The position numbers and the translations under genes were made by a program. This document shows positions 9,106-18,253 of a DNA stretch of 64,000 nt, in pieces. Each line of letters opens with the position of its first letter. The first letter of the stretch is position 1. The stretch is from Myxococcaceae bacterium (GTDB lineage: Bacteria; Myxococcota; Myxococcia; Myxococcales; Myxococcaceae). Location of the stretch: positions 15,892 to 79,891 of the forward strand of contig JBKQJL010000083.1 in NCBI GenBank assembly GCA_052147975.1, given 5' to 3'. The notes beneath the pieces are model-generated. The model did no database searches, had not been told where the DNA came from, and saw nothing but the letters and a program-made list of their open reading frames with translations.

Positions 9106-11853
9106 TCACACCAGCCAAAAGTACGCCGTCCCGAGGGCGGTGCGGCTGTCCTGGACGCGGGCTCGGCTCGCCAGGGCCTCCAACTCCCTGTCCTTGGCGG
9201 CGTAGCGCGTTTCCTCCTCCTTGTGCAGGGCGGCCAGTGCGCGGCGGTAGGCGCGCTCGGCGCGCTCGGTGTCGCTGCGCGCTCGGGCGCGCTCGGTGGG
9301 CTCGTCCAGCAGCCGAAGCCGCGCCCGTGCCTCGCCCCAGGCGGCCCGGGCCTTCTCCATGCCCTCCCGCGCCAGCAAGAGACAGTCCTCGGCGTACCGG
9401 TCGGCCCGCTCGAGGGCCGCGTCCAAGGCCCGCGCGCTGCCCCGCTCGGCGTCGCGCAACAGCGCCGAGCGCGCCGCCTCCAGCGCGCGCTCCTGTGCCG
9501 CCGTCACCGAGAGGGCGGGCACCGCGCCGCGCTGGCCCTCGCGGCCGGGCAGTCGGGCCAGCACCTCGGCGTCGGCCAGCGGCAGGGCGGTGAAGTCCTC
9601 CCCTTGCTTCACCAGCATGAGGTGCAGCAGCCGCTCCTCGGGGCTGAGGCCGCCGGTGCTGAAGCGGTAGGCAAACCACCACCCCTCGCTTCCGGCGAGT
9701 CGGGCCAGCCGCGGGGGCAGGCTGGCCGCGTCCAGCTGGAGGTAATTCACCGCGTCCAGCGGTTGGGACCGGGCCAGCGCCGCCGCCTCGGCCACGGCGG
9801 TGTGGCGGAAGGCCTCGGTGCCCAGCACCACGGAGGTGAGCTGTCGCGCCGTCCCGCGCCGACGCAAAAGGGCTTGCTTCACCTCCTCGCCGGAAAGCTT
9901 CAGCCGCCGCCGCACGTCGGCGTCGAAGTGCTCGAAGAGCAGCGAGCGGGCCTGTGTCATGCGGTTGTCGATGCGGCTTTCGAGGTCCGCGCGCAGCGCG
10001 TCGAAGGCGGCCTGAATCTCGTGGGTGGTGCGGCAGGACTGGTAGATGTCCAGCACCCGGCGCTCGAAGTCCAGCCCACTCTCCAGCGCCCCCAATATTT
10101 CATCCGAGGCGCCGAAGACGCCGTCGAAGAGGTTGAGCTTCGCCTCGAGCAACTCGTACAACCGGGCGTCGGCCGCGTTGCGCCGGTTGAGGAAGTTGAG
10201 CACCAGCACGTCGCGCTGCTGGCCGTAGCGGTGGCAGCGACCGATGCGCTGCTCGATGCGCTGGGGATTCCACGGCAAGTCATAATTCACCACCAGGTTG
10301 CAGAACTGGAGGTTGAGGCCCTCCGCCCCGGCCTCGGTGGAAATGAGAATTTGCGTCCGGCTCCGAAACTCCTCCACCAGCGCGGCCCGCTGCTCGGGCG
10401 TCCCGGCGTCGCCACTGAGGAGCGACAGCTTTCCGGCAAAGCCCCCCTTGGCCAGCAGCTCGGCCAGGTAGGCCTGCGTCCGGCGGGACTCGGTGAAGAC
10501 GACGGCCTTTTCCGGCCACCCCTGGCCGCGGGCCACGCCGAAAATGCGCGCCAGCGCTCGCTTCAGCGCCTCACCCTTGGCGTTGACGACAATGCGCTCG
10601 GCGGCCAGGGCGTACTGCTCGAGCTCGAGGGCCTCCTTCTCCAAGGCCTTGGCGGAGACGACGGGCCGGCCCGAGGCGTCCTCGTCCCAGGCTTCCACCT
10701 CCTCTTGAAAGCCCCGCAGGTCCTCCGCCTCGAGCCCGGCCTCGGCCGTGGCGGCGGCGGCCTTCAGCCGGCGGCGCAGCGCCTCGGCCAGGGTGCGCAA
10801 GGTGGGGGCGATGGCGAAGGTGGAGCTGGCCAAAAGCTTCCGGTACACCAACAACAGCAGCGTGCGCTGGCCGGGCTCGATGGCGGCGGCGTCCTGTCGC
10901 CGCAAGTACTCGCTCACCTTCTGGTAGAGCGCCTCCTCCTCTGGGGTGGGCGCAAAGTCCTCCACCACGCTGTGGCGGTTGGTGAAGCGCACGTACTCGC
11001 GCACCTGCCGGCGCAAGGTGCGGTGCACCGCCGGAAGCAGGCGCTCCTTGAGCTCTGCTGAGGCGACGTCCGGCAGGGCCCCGTCGGCCGCCGGCGCGTA
11101 GCGGCTGCGGAAGGCATGCTCCGGGCCGAGCAGCTCCTCGTCCAACAGGCTGAGCAGCCCGAAGAGCTCGAGCAGCGTGTTTTGCAGCGGGGTGGCGGTG
11201 AGGAGAAGCTTGGGCCGCCCGGCCAGCGCCGCCCGCAGCGCCCGCCCCGTCTTGTGCCCCGGGCGGTGGGCGTTGCGCAGCCGGTGCGCCTCGTCAATGA
11301 CGACGACGTCCCAGGCCAGCGCGGCCAGCGCCTCGGGGCGGGCCGCGGCGAAGGGGAGGCTGGAGATGACGGGGTAGGGGCGGTCGAAGACGTTGGCCGT
11401 GCCCCGGTCGGCCCGGCCGTCCACCACCACCGCGTCCACGTCGAATTTCTCCAACAGCTCGGCCTGCCACTGGGCGCGCAGGGTGGCCGGCGTCAGCACC
11501 AAAATCCGCCCCTTGCCCTCGGCCAACAGCTGCGCCAGCACAATTCCCGCCTCGATGGTTTTCCCCAGGCCCACCTCGTCGGCCAGCAGGCACCCGCCGC
11601 GGGCCAGGCTGTCCAGCGCGAAGGCGGCGGCCTCCACCTGGTGGGGATGCAAGTCCACCCGCGCCTCGCTCAAGGTGGGGACGACGCGCTCTGCCCCGCG
11701 GCCGGCTCGCAGCGTCAGCTCCTCGGCCAACAGCCGGGTGTGAAAACGCGTCAGGACACCGGCGGGCACGGGGCACAAGGGGAGGGACTGGGCGCATTCT
11801 CGCACAGCGGGCGCAACCGCCGGGGGCGAGAAGCGGAGGGGGGCCGCTGGCAT
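9106..11853 (-). CDS. SNF2/RapA-like DEAD/H helicase with a long C-terminal helical/coiled-coil extension
   Basis: SNF2_N motifs: LHPHQVEAAAFAL, LADEVGLGKTIEAG, DEAHRLRN, LLLTATPLQN. Helicase_C motifs: ILISTEAGAEGLNLQ, NYDLPWNPQRIEQRIGRCHRYGQ. The start is set at ATG 11853 (MPAAPLRF). The track ORF extends to 13395 only because the opposite-strand gene keeps the frame open. Confidence 0.85.
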   Translation of the reverse strand: MPAAPLRFSPPAVAPAVRECAQSLPLCPVPAGVLTRFHTRLLAEELTLRAGRGAERVVPTLSEARVDLHPHQVEAAAFALDSLARGGCLLADEVGLGKTIEAGIVLAQLLAEGKGRILVLTPATLRAQWQAELLEKFDVDAVVVDGRADRGTANVFDRPYPVISSLPFAAARPEALAALAWDVVVIDEAHRLRNAHRPGHKTGRALRAALAGRPKLLLTATPLQNTLLELFGLLSLLDEELLGPEHAFRSRYAPAADGALPDVASAELKERLLPAVHRTLRRQVREYVRFTNRHSVVEDFAPTPEEEALYQKVSEYLRRQDAAAIEPGQRTLLLLVYRKLLASSTFAIAPTLRTLAEALRRRLKAAAATAEAGLEAEDLRGFQEEVEAWDEDASGRPVVSAKALEKEALELEQYALAAERIVVNAKGEALKRALARIFGVARGQGWPEKAVVFTESRRTQAYLAELLAKGGFAGKLSLLSGDAGTPEQRAALVEEFRSRTQILISTEAGAEGLNLQFCNLVVNYDLPWNPQRIEQRIGRCHRYGQQRDVLVLNFLNRRNAADARLYELLEAKLNLFDGVFGASDEILGALESGLDFERRVLDIYQSCRTTHEIQAAFDALRADLESRIDNRMTQARSLLFEHFDADVRRRLKLSGEEVKQALLRRRGTARQLTSVVLGTEAFRHTAVAEAAALARSQPLDAVNYLQLDAASLPPRLARLAGSEGWWFAYRFSTGGLSPEERLLHLMLVKQGEDFTALPLADAEVLARLPGREGQRGAVPALSVTAAQERALEAARSALLRDAERGSARALDAALERADRYAEDCLLLAREGMEKARAAWGEARARLRLLDEPTERARARSDTERAERAYRRALAALHKEEETRYAAKDRELEALASRARVQDSRTALGTAYFWLV

Positions 11854-12048
11854 TTGCTGGCCCCCCTCAGCGAAGCTGGCCCTCTCCCCGTGCGCCCCGC
11901 CCTCTCCGTCGCGCTCCTCGTCGCAGCTGGCGGCTGTGGCGGAAGAAGCTGCGGGCAGCCCGACAGCCGGGCAGTGGCGCGCATTTCCAGCTGGGAGCAG
12001 CACCGCAGCCTCGGCGCCGGGACGTTGGGGGCCTGGGCCACGGACCCG

Positions 12049-13983
12049 ATGAAGCCGCCCGCTGTCCGGGCCCGGGCCCTGTTGGCCCTGGCCCGGCTGC
12101 AGGACCCGGACACCGCCCCCACCGTGGTGGCGGCCTGCGCGGACCCGGACGCGGAGGCCCGGGCCATGGCCGCCTTCGCCGCGGGGGAGTTGGGCCTGGC
12201 GTGGGACGGCATTCCGGACACCGTCCGCACGCAACTGGCCACCGCCGTGCTGGCCGCCGAGGCCCACGAGTTGGACGCCGCGGCGCGCACCCAGGAGCTC
12301 ACCGCCCTCGGCCGGCTGCGCACGCCGGCCGCCCTGGACAGGCTGGTGCAGCGTCTGGCCGCCGCGCCGGAAATTGCCGAGCCGGCCGCCCTCGCCCTCG
12401 GCGTGGCCGCGCGCGCCAAGGCCAGCTGGCCCGAGGCGGCCACTCCCCTGTTGGCCAGCCGGCTGTTGCCCACCGAGCCCGTCGGGCTGCGTTGGGCCGC
12501 GGCCTACGCGCTCGGCTACGCCCCTGGCACGGACGGCCGGGCGGCGCTGTTGAAGGCCCTGGGGGACGCGTCCGAGGAGGTGCGGGCCGTGGCTGCCAAG
12601 GGGCTGGGCGAGCACGGGCTGCCCGAGGACGCGAGGGCCCTGCAAGCGCTGTTGGCCGACGCCTCGCCAGGCGTGGCGGCCGAGGCGGCCCGCACCTTGG
12701 CCAAGCTGGCCGGCCGCTGCGCGCCCCGGGGCGGCTGCCCGCCGCTGGACGCCCTCTCCGCGCTGTCCGCCGCGGTGGACCGCGTGGCCCACGGCGACGT
12801 CCGGCTGGGCGCCCCGCCCCTGGTGGCGCTGGCCCAGGCCGGCTTGCCCCCGGCCGGGCAACCCCTGCTCCTCTCGCTGCGGGCGCGCGGCCGCGAGGAC
12901 TTCGCCCAGGCGCCAGCGTCGGCGCGGGTGGACCTCGCCTGGCTGGACTGCCGGCTGGCCGCGGCCGAGGACCGAAGCGGCGGCTGGCTGGAGGAGACGC
13001 TGTCTTGCGGGGCGGGCCTCGTGCCGGAGGCGCGCCGGCTGCGGCTCGGGCTGCAGGAGGTGGCGCAGGCGCCCGCGCTGCAGAGCGGCTTCGAGCGGGA
13101 GGCGCTGAAGCGCTACCTGCACGACGCCGACGCCACCGTCCAGCTGGCGGCCGTCAACCTCCTCGGCGCCAGTCACCACCCGGAGGCGGCCGAGGACGTG
13201 CGCGGTTACGTCTCCAGCCCGGACCCGGTGCTGTCCGCCGCCGCGGCCGCAGCGCTGGGCGAGCTGCACGACGTGGCCTCGGGCCCGGCGGTGCTGCGCC
13301 GGGCCGAGCTGGCCAGCGGCGAGCCGGAGCAGGCCGACGCCTGGGCCGAGGCCCTGTTGGCCCTCCAGCCCGAGGGGACGACGGCGCTTTTGCACAAGTG
13401 GCTACTGGCGGCGCACCCGCACTTGCGCCACGCCGCCGAGCACGCCCTCAGCACGCTGGAAGGCAAGCCGGTGTGGGGGCCAGGCGTTGGGCCGGACGCC
13501 CCGCCCTCCATGCCGCACGCGGACGGCGTCTCCAAGGACGTCGCCTGGCGGCTTCCCACCGCCCGCGGCGTCGTCGTCATACAGCCCGAGGTGGAGGCCG
13601 CGCCGGAGACGGTGGCGCAACTCACCCGGCTGGCGCGCTCGGGCTTCTTCCAGGGCCTCACCTTCCACCGCGTGGTACCGGACTTCGTCGTCCAAGGCGG
13701 AGACCCGCGCGGAGACGGGGAGGGGGGCCCGGGCTTCACGCTGCCCTGCGAGGTGAGCCCCTTGCGCTACCGGCGGGGGACGGTGGGCATGGCCCTCAGC
13801 GGCAAGGACACGGGGGGCAGCCAAATTTTTGTCGCCCTCTCCCCCCAGCCGCACCTCGAGGGCCGCTACTCCATTGTGGGCGAGGTGGTGTCCGGCATGG
13901 ACGTGCTGGACGGGGTGCTGGAGGGCGACAGCCTGGGCACCCTTGACGCAGTGCAGGGTGGCACAGGCCTGTCGCACCGCTGA
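12049..13983 (+). CDS. HEAT-repeat protein fused to a cyclophilin-type peptidyl-prolyl cis-trans isomerase
   Basis: The N-terminal ~480 aa is Ala/Leu-rich with HEAT/PBS-lyase-like repeats (DPDAEARAMAAFAAGELG, DASEEVRAVAAKGLGE, DASPGVAAEAARTLAKL). The C-terminus carries a cyclophilin core (FHRVVPDFVVQGGDPRGDGEGGPGFTLPCE, GTVGMALSGKDTGGSQIFV). The start is set at the in-frame ATG 12049. Confidence 0.8.
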   Translation: MKPPAVRARALLALARLQDPDTAPTVVAACADPDAEARAMAAFAAGELGLAWDGIPDTVRTQLATAVLAAEAHELDAAARTQELTALGRLRTPAALDRLVQRLAAAPEIAEPAALALGVAARAKASWPEAATPLLASRLLPTEPVGLRWAAAYALGYAPGTDGRAALLKALGDASEEVRAVAAKGLGEHGLPEDARALQALLADASPGVAAEAARTLAKLAGRCAPRGGCPPLDALSALSAAVDRVAHGDVRLGAPPLVALAQAGLPPAGQPLLLSLRARGREDFAQAPASARVDLAWLDCRLAAAEDRSGGWLEETLSCGAGLVPEARRLRLGLQEVAQAPALQSGFEREALKRYLHDADATVQLAAVNLLGASHHPEAAEDVRGYVSSPDPVLSAAAAAALGELHDVASGPAVLRRAELASGEPEQADAWAEALLALQPEGTTALLHKWLLAAHPHLRHAAEHALSTLEGKPVWGPGVGPDAPPSMPHADGVSKDVAWRLPTARGVVVIQPEVEAAPETVAQLTRLARSGFFQGLTFHRVVPDFVVQGGDPRGDGEGGPGFTLPCEVSPLRYRRGTVGMALSGKDTGGSQIFVALSPQPHLEGRYSIVGEVVSGMDVLDGVLEGDSLGTLDAVQGGTGLSHR

Positions 13984-14107
13984 GGGCAGAAAGCCCACCA
14001 GCGAGGCCCTTTCACCCTTGCCGGTACAGGAGGCGCTCGTCTACGTTGTTGACGAGCTCGCGGCCAGGGACAGAGGCAAACCCCCTGAAAACAGGAGATT
14101 CCTCGCG

Positions 14108-15097
14108 ATGGGCAGAGTCCCTTCCGGGCGGGTGCCTGTGGTGGTGATGGGGCTCGGCCACATGGGACGCGAAATTGCCAGGGCAGCCTTGGCCTCCGAG
14201 GAGGTGGACCTCGTCGGGGCGGTGGACATTGCCCCGGAGCTGTTGGGCGCCTCCTTGGGCGAGGTGCTGGGCCTGGACTCCACCGTGCGCGTCACCGAGA
14301 CGGTGCAGAAGGCCAGTCGGCCGGGCGCGGTGGTGCTGCACGCCACCGGCTCGCGGCTACAGGCGGTGCTGGAGGAGCTGCTCGAGGCGGTCCGCCAGGG
14401 GCACCCGGTGGTGTCCACCTGCGAGGAGCTCAGCTTTCCCTTCCTCCGTCACCCGGAGTTGGCGGAGCGCCTGGAGCGCGCCGCCGTCCGGGCCGGCGTC
14501 TCGGTGGTGGGCACCGGCGTCAACCCGGGCTTCGTCCTGGACAGGCTGGTGGCCACGCTGGGGCAGACGGTGGGGGCGGTGAGGCATGTGCATGCCACGC
14601 GCAGCGTGGACGCCGGCGCGCGCCGCGAGGCCTTCCAGCGCAAGGTGGGCGCCGGCCTCACCGAGGAGGCCTTCTCCGCGCTGGCCGAGAAGGACAGCGT
14701 CGGGCACGTGGGGCTGCTCGAGTCCGCCGCGTTGTGCGCGCTCGGGCTGGGGCTCGACTGTGACGACTTCGAGGAGGAGCTCTACCCGCTGTTGGCCGAG
14801 GAGGACTACCCGGGCTCTCCGGTGCCGGTGCCGAAGGGGCGGGTGGCCGGCGTGCACCAGACGGCGGTGGGCCTGCAGGACGGCCAGGAGCGCGTGCGGC
14901 TGGAGATGACGCTGGCGGTGGGCGCGGTGGGGCACGACCGGGTGGTACTGGAGGCCGACCGCCGCCTGACGCTGGAGCTCCCGGGGGGCCTTCCCGGCGA
15001 CTCCTCGACGGCCCACCTCGTCGTCCACGCCGCGCCGCGCCTCACCGCCGCCAGTCCGGGGCTGCTCACGGTGCTCGACTTGCCCTCGGGCCGGTAG
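14108..15097 (+). CDS. DapB-like NAD(P)-binding oxidoreductase (dihydrodipicolinate reductase / amine dehydrogenase family)
   Basis: Rossmann N-terminus VVVMGLGHMGREIA, then VVGTGVNPGF typical of DapB-N/2,4-diaminopentanoate dehydrogenase-like proteins. The start is set at ATG 14108 inside the longer track ORF. Confidence 0.65.
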   Translation: MGRVPSGRVPVVVMGLGHMGREIARAALASEEVDLVGAVDIAPELLGASLGEVLGLDSTVRVTETVQKASRPGAVVLHATGSRLQAVLEELLEAVRQGHPVVSTCEELSFPFLRHPELAERLERAAVRAGVSVVGTGVNPGFVLDRLVATLGQTVGAVRHVHATRSVDAGARREAFQRKVGAGLTEEAFSALAEKDSVGHVGLLESAALCALGLGLDCDDFEEELYPLLAEEDYPGSPVPVPKGRVAGVHQTAVGLQDGQERVRLEMTLAVGAVGHDRVVLEADRRLTLELPGGLPGDSSTAHLVVHAAPRLTAASPGLLTVLDLPSGR

Positions 15098-15112
15098 CCC
15101 GCAAGGAGGACA

Positions 15113-15571
15113 TTGGCCATCGCCATGCTCGACAAGAATGCGGTGGGACGCACCTCGGTGCCCACCCTCAATGAGGTGGAGAAGGGCGCCATCCGTCGGT
15201 TTGCCGAGGCGCTCGGAGACTTCAACCCCGTCTATTACGACGAGGAGTACGCCCGGGCGGCGGGCTACCCGACGGTGGTGGCGCCGCCCACCTTCCCGGC
15301 CTGTTTCCATTCCTCGGCGGACTTGCGCGAGCTGTTGGGGGTGGCGGTGAAGAGCCTGCTCCACGCCGAGCAAAGCTTCGAGTACGAGCGCCCCATTCTC
15401 GCCGGGGACCGCATTTTCGTCGCCACCCGGGTGGCCGACGTCCAGGAGCGCACCGGGGCGGCCGGCCGTATGGACGTGGCGGTGCTGGAGGACGAGGGGC
15501 GGGACGAGGAGGGAGCGCTCGTCTTCCGCGCGCGCCGCACCCTGGTGGTGCGGGCGTCGAAGGAGGGCTAG
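15113..15571 (+). CDS. MaoC/FAS1-like hot-dog dehydratase, N-terminal-type subunit
   Basis: 152-aa ORF. FAEALGDFNPVYYDEEYARAAGYPTVVAPPTF is typical of the MaoC_dehydrat_N hot-dog fold. It is paired with the next gene. Confidence 0.75.
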   Translation: MAIAMLDKNAVGRTSVPTLNEVEKGAIRRFAEALGDFNPVYYDEEYARAAGYPTVVAPPTFPACFHSSADLRELLGVAVKSLLHAEQSFEYERPILAGDRIFVATRVADVQERTGAAGRMDVAVLEDEGRDEEGALVFRARRTLVVRASKEG

Positions 15572-15586
15572 GGCCCAAGGCACCCC

Positions 15587-16201
15587 ATGGCCGCGCGCAA
15601 GCTCTACTTCGAAGCGGTGCACCTCGGTGACGAGCTGCCGCCCCTCAGCAAGGGGCCGGTGGACCGCGTGCAGCTGGCCCGCTACGCCGGGGCCTCCGGA
15701 GACTTCAACCCGGTGCACGTGGACGAGGTGTACGCGCGCTCCCTTGGCATGCCGTCGGTGTATGCCCCGGGGATGCTGGTGATGGGCATGCTGGGCCAGC
15801 TGGTGTCCGACTGGTCCCGCGGGGCGCAGCTGCGCCGCTACGCGGTGCGCTTCTCGAAAATTGTCTGGCCGGGCGACGTGGTGGTGGCCAAGGGCCGAGT
15901 GATGGAGCGCTGGGGCGAGATGGGGAAGTACTTCGCCGACGTGGACCTCTGGGCGGAAAACCAGAAGGGCGAGTTGGTGCTGCGGGGCTCGGCCCTGGTG
16001 CAACTCTTCTACTCGGCCGACGACGAAAACCGTCAGCGCGCCGGCCAGCCCCCCCTCGTCGTCCCGGCGCCCAAGGAAAGCCTGCACCAGCCGCCGCCCA
16101 AGCCGCCCGAGCCCCGGGCGGCGCCCAGCAGCACTCCCCCGCTGAAGAAGCCCGCACCGGCGGCGCGCAAAAGCCCCCCCAAGAAGTCCGCCCGGAAGTA
16201 G
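15587..16201 (+). CDS. MaoC-like (R)-specific enoyl-CoA hydratase-type hot-dog protein with a basic Pro/Lys-rich C-terminal tail
   Basis: YAGASGDFNPVHVDEVYARSLGMPSVYAPGML is the MaoC dehydratase signature. The last ~50 aa are low-complexity (PPPKPPEPRAAPSSTPPLKKPAPAARKSPPKKSARK). Confidence 0.78.
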   Translation: MAARKLYFEAVHLGDELPPLSKGPVDRVQLARYAGASGDFNPVHVDEVYARSLGMPSVYAPGMLVMGMLGQLVSDWSRGAQLRRYAVRFSKIVWPGDVVVAKGRVMERWGEMGKYFADVDLWAENQKGELVLRGSALVQLFYSADDENRQRAGQPPLVVPAPKESLHQPPPKPPEPRAAPSSTPPLKKPAPAARKSPPKKSARK

Positions 16202-16285
16202 GCCCAAAGGGGTTTTGTCCCCCCCGGGCCCCAGCGGGCCCCCCAACGGGCAGTGGGCTGGCCTTCTCGGCGCCGACAGAGGCGC

Positions 16286-16325
16286 TCTAACGCGAAGCGT
16301 TAGAAAGCATTGACTCTTGAGTCAA
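16286..16325. promoter_or_regulatory. Two adjacent perfect palindromes upstream of the acyl-CoA dehydrogenase gene (candidate operator sites)
   Basis: TCTAACGC-GAA-GCGTTAGA lies at 16286-16304. TTGACTC-TT-GAGTCAA lies at 16310-16325. Both arms of each are exact reverse complements. Confidence 0.5.
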
Positions 16326-16382
16326 CAGCCGACAGACTTCGGGCGTACTCCGCTGCACGCCTGTCCTTTGGAGGCCCCGCCC

Positions 16383-18224
16383 GTGGCTCGTGCCCTGAAT
16401 TGGTACCGCAACGACTTGCGCGAGTTGTCCTTCCTGTTGCTCGAGCAATTCAAGCTGGGCGAGCTGGCCGGCCAGCCGCCGTATGAGGCCTGGAGTGCGG
16501 AGGAGGCGAACAGCATTCTCTCGGAGACGTCCCGCTTCGTGCGCGAGGTGCTGGGCCCCTTAAACGCCAGCGGCGACCGAAGTGGGTGCCGCCTCGTCCA
16601 GGGCAAGGTGCAGACGCCGGAGGGCTTCCCGGACGCCTGGAAGCAGCTGTACGCGCTGGGCTTCAAGTCCCTGGGCGTCGCGCCGGAGCACGGGGGCCAG
16701 GGCGCCCCCGTCATGCTCACCGTCCTGGTGGAGGAGATGCTGAGCGGCGCCAACCCGGCGTTTGCCATGTACCCGGGCCTGGCCTTCGGCGCCGCCGAGC
16801 TCATCCTCGAGTGCGCCACGCCGGAGCAGGTGAAGCGCTACGTCGACCGAATGTTTAACGGCACCTGGGGCGGCACCATGTGCCTCACCGAGCCCCAGGC
16901 CGGGACGGACGTCGGCGCGGCGACCAGCACCGCCCGCCGGCTGCCGGACGGCAGCTACCAAGTGAAGGGCACCAAAATTTACATTTCCGGCGGCGACCAC
17001 GACCTGACCGAAAACATCATCCACCTCGTCCTGGCTCGGGTGGAGGGCGCCCCGCCCGGCACCAAGGGCCTCTCCCTCTTCATCGTCCCGCGCCAGCGGG
17101 TCCACCCAGATGGCTCCTTGGGAGAGCACAACGACGTCCAGGTGGCCTCCATCGAGCACAAGATGGGGATTAATGGCTCGGCCACCTGCGTCCTCAACTT
17201 CGGGGAGGCCGGAGGGTGCGTCGGCGAGCTGGTTGGCGGCGTGGAGAATGCCGGCATGGCGCAGATGTTCCGGATGATGAACGGCGCGCGCATTGCCGTC
17301 GGCATCCAGGGCCTGGCCGCCGCCTCCAGCGCCTACCTCAATGCGCTGGAGTACGCCAAAGAGCGCAAGCAGGGCCCGCACTACAGCAAGTGGAAGGACC
17401 CCACCGTGCCGCGGGTGAGCATTCTCGAGCACCCCGACGTGCGCCGCATGCTGCTGGACATGAAGGCGCACGTGGAAGGCACGCGGGCCCTGGTGATGAA
17501 GCTGGCCCGACACGTGGACTTCTCGCGCGCGCTCCGGGGCAAGGACGACGCGGCGGCCAGCTACCACCACGGCCAGGTGGAGCTGCTCACCCCGCTGGTC
17601 AAGGCCTTTGCTTCCGACGAGGGCTTTCGCCTCTGCGCCAGCGCCCTGCAAGTCTACGGCGGCGCGGGCTACCTCAAGGACCACCCGGTGGAGCAGTCGG
17701 TGCGCGACGTGAAAATTACCAGCATCTACGAGGGCACCAACCATGTGCAGGCGATGGACTTGGTGGGCCGGAAGCTGGGCCAGGCCGGGGGGCAGTACCT
17801 GCAAGCCTTCCTCGCCGACGTGGGCACCTTCGTCGAAGCCCACCGCAGCCATCCAGCCTTGGGCCCAGCAGTGGCCAACCTGGCCGCCGGCCAGGAGCAC
17901 CTCATGTCCGCCGCCATGGGGCTGCTCAGCTGGAGCCAGTCCGGCCAGCTGGGCCTCATCGGCCTCAACGCCAACCGCTTCCTCCAGATGATGGCGCGCC
18001 TGGCGGTGGGGTGGCTGCTCCTGGAAGGCGCGGTGGTGGCCGAAGCCGCCCAAGCCAAGCTTCCCGCCGGCCACCCCGACGGCGCCTTCTATGAGGGAAA
18101 GAAGCAGGCGGCCCTCTTCTTTGCCCGCAACGAGCTGCCCAAGGTGGAAGCCGAAGCGAAGCTCATGAGGCAGGAGGACGCCTCGGCGCTGGACATTCCG
18201 GACGCGGGCTTCAGCGCCGGCTGA
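16383..18224 (+). CDS. Long-type acyl-CoA dehydrogenase (FadE-like)
   Basis: ACAD motifs are present (MCLTEPQAGTDVG, KIYISGGDHD, IEHKMGINGSATC, QVYGGAGY, IYEGTNHVQ), plus a C-terminal extension domain. The track start, TTG 16317, lies inside a palindrome. GTG 16383 is preceded by GGAGG with an 8-nt spacer and gives an N-terminus (VARALNWYRNDL...) that I judge more plausible for this family. The start remains uncertain. Confidence 0.88.
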   Translation: MARALNWYRNDLRELSFLLLEQFKLGELAGQPPYEAWSAEEANSILSETSRFVREVLGPLNASGDRSGCRLVQGKVQTPEGFPDAWKQLYALGFKSLGVAPEHGGQGAPVMLTVLVEEMLSGANPAFAMYPGLAFGAAELILECATPEQVKRYVDRMFNGTWGGTMCLTEPQAGTDVGAATSTARRLPDGSYQVKGTKIYISGGDHDLTENIIHLVLARVEGAPPGTKGLSLFIVPRQRVHPDGSLGEHNDVQVASIEHKMGINGSATCVLNFGEAGGCVGELVGGVENAGMAQMFRMMNGARIAVGIQGLAAASSAYLNALEYAKERKQGPHYSKWKDPTVPRVSILEHPDVRRMLLDMKAHVEGTRALVMKLARHVDFSRALRGKDDAAASYHHGQVELLTPLVKAFASDEGFRLCASALQVYGGAGYLKDHPVEQSVRDVKITSIYEGTNHVQAMDLVGRKLGQAGGQYLQAFLADVGTFVEAHRSHPALGPAVANLAAGQEHLMSAAMGLLSWSQSGQLGLIGLNANRFLQMMARLAVGWLLLEGAVVAEAAQAKLPAGHPDGAFYEGKKQAALFFARNELPKVEAEAKLMRQEDASALDIPDAGFSAG

Positions 18225-18253
18225 GGGCCTGCTGTCGAGACACGCGGGAGGCC

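Noticed and set aside
9022-11061. 679-aa + strand ORF
   Set aside because: Antisense to the SNF2 helicase, with no recognisable motifs and biased composition.
11854-13395. Upstream 514 codons of the 1429-aa minus-strand ORF (apparent N-terminal extension of the SNF2 helicase)
   Set aside because: The translation is Arg/Gly/Pro-rich nonsense. The region is fully covered by the HEAT-cyclophilin gene on the + strand. The helicase has a sensible start at ATG 11853.
14357-16246. 629-aa minus-strand ORF
   Set aside because: Antisense to the DapB-like and both MaoC genes, and low-complexity. The same reasoning applies to 16560-18074 (antisense to the ACAD gene), 3292-4860 (recJ) and 5041-5979 (aspS). 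It also applies to 22468-23673 (xseA), 25062-26246 and 26027-27460 (dxs/tlyA) and 32281-33906 (TPR protein). It further applies to 39934-41238 (nadB), 41882-43351 (TPR protein) and 55054-56172 (sigma-54 activator).
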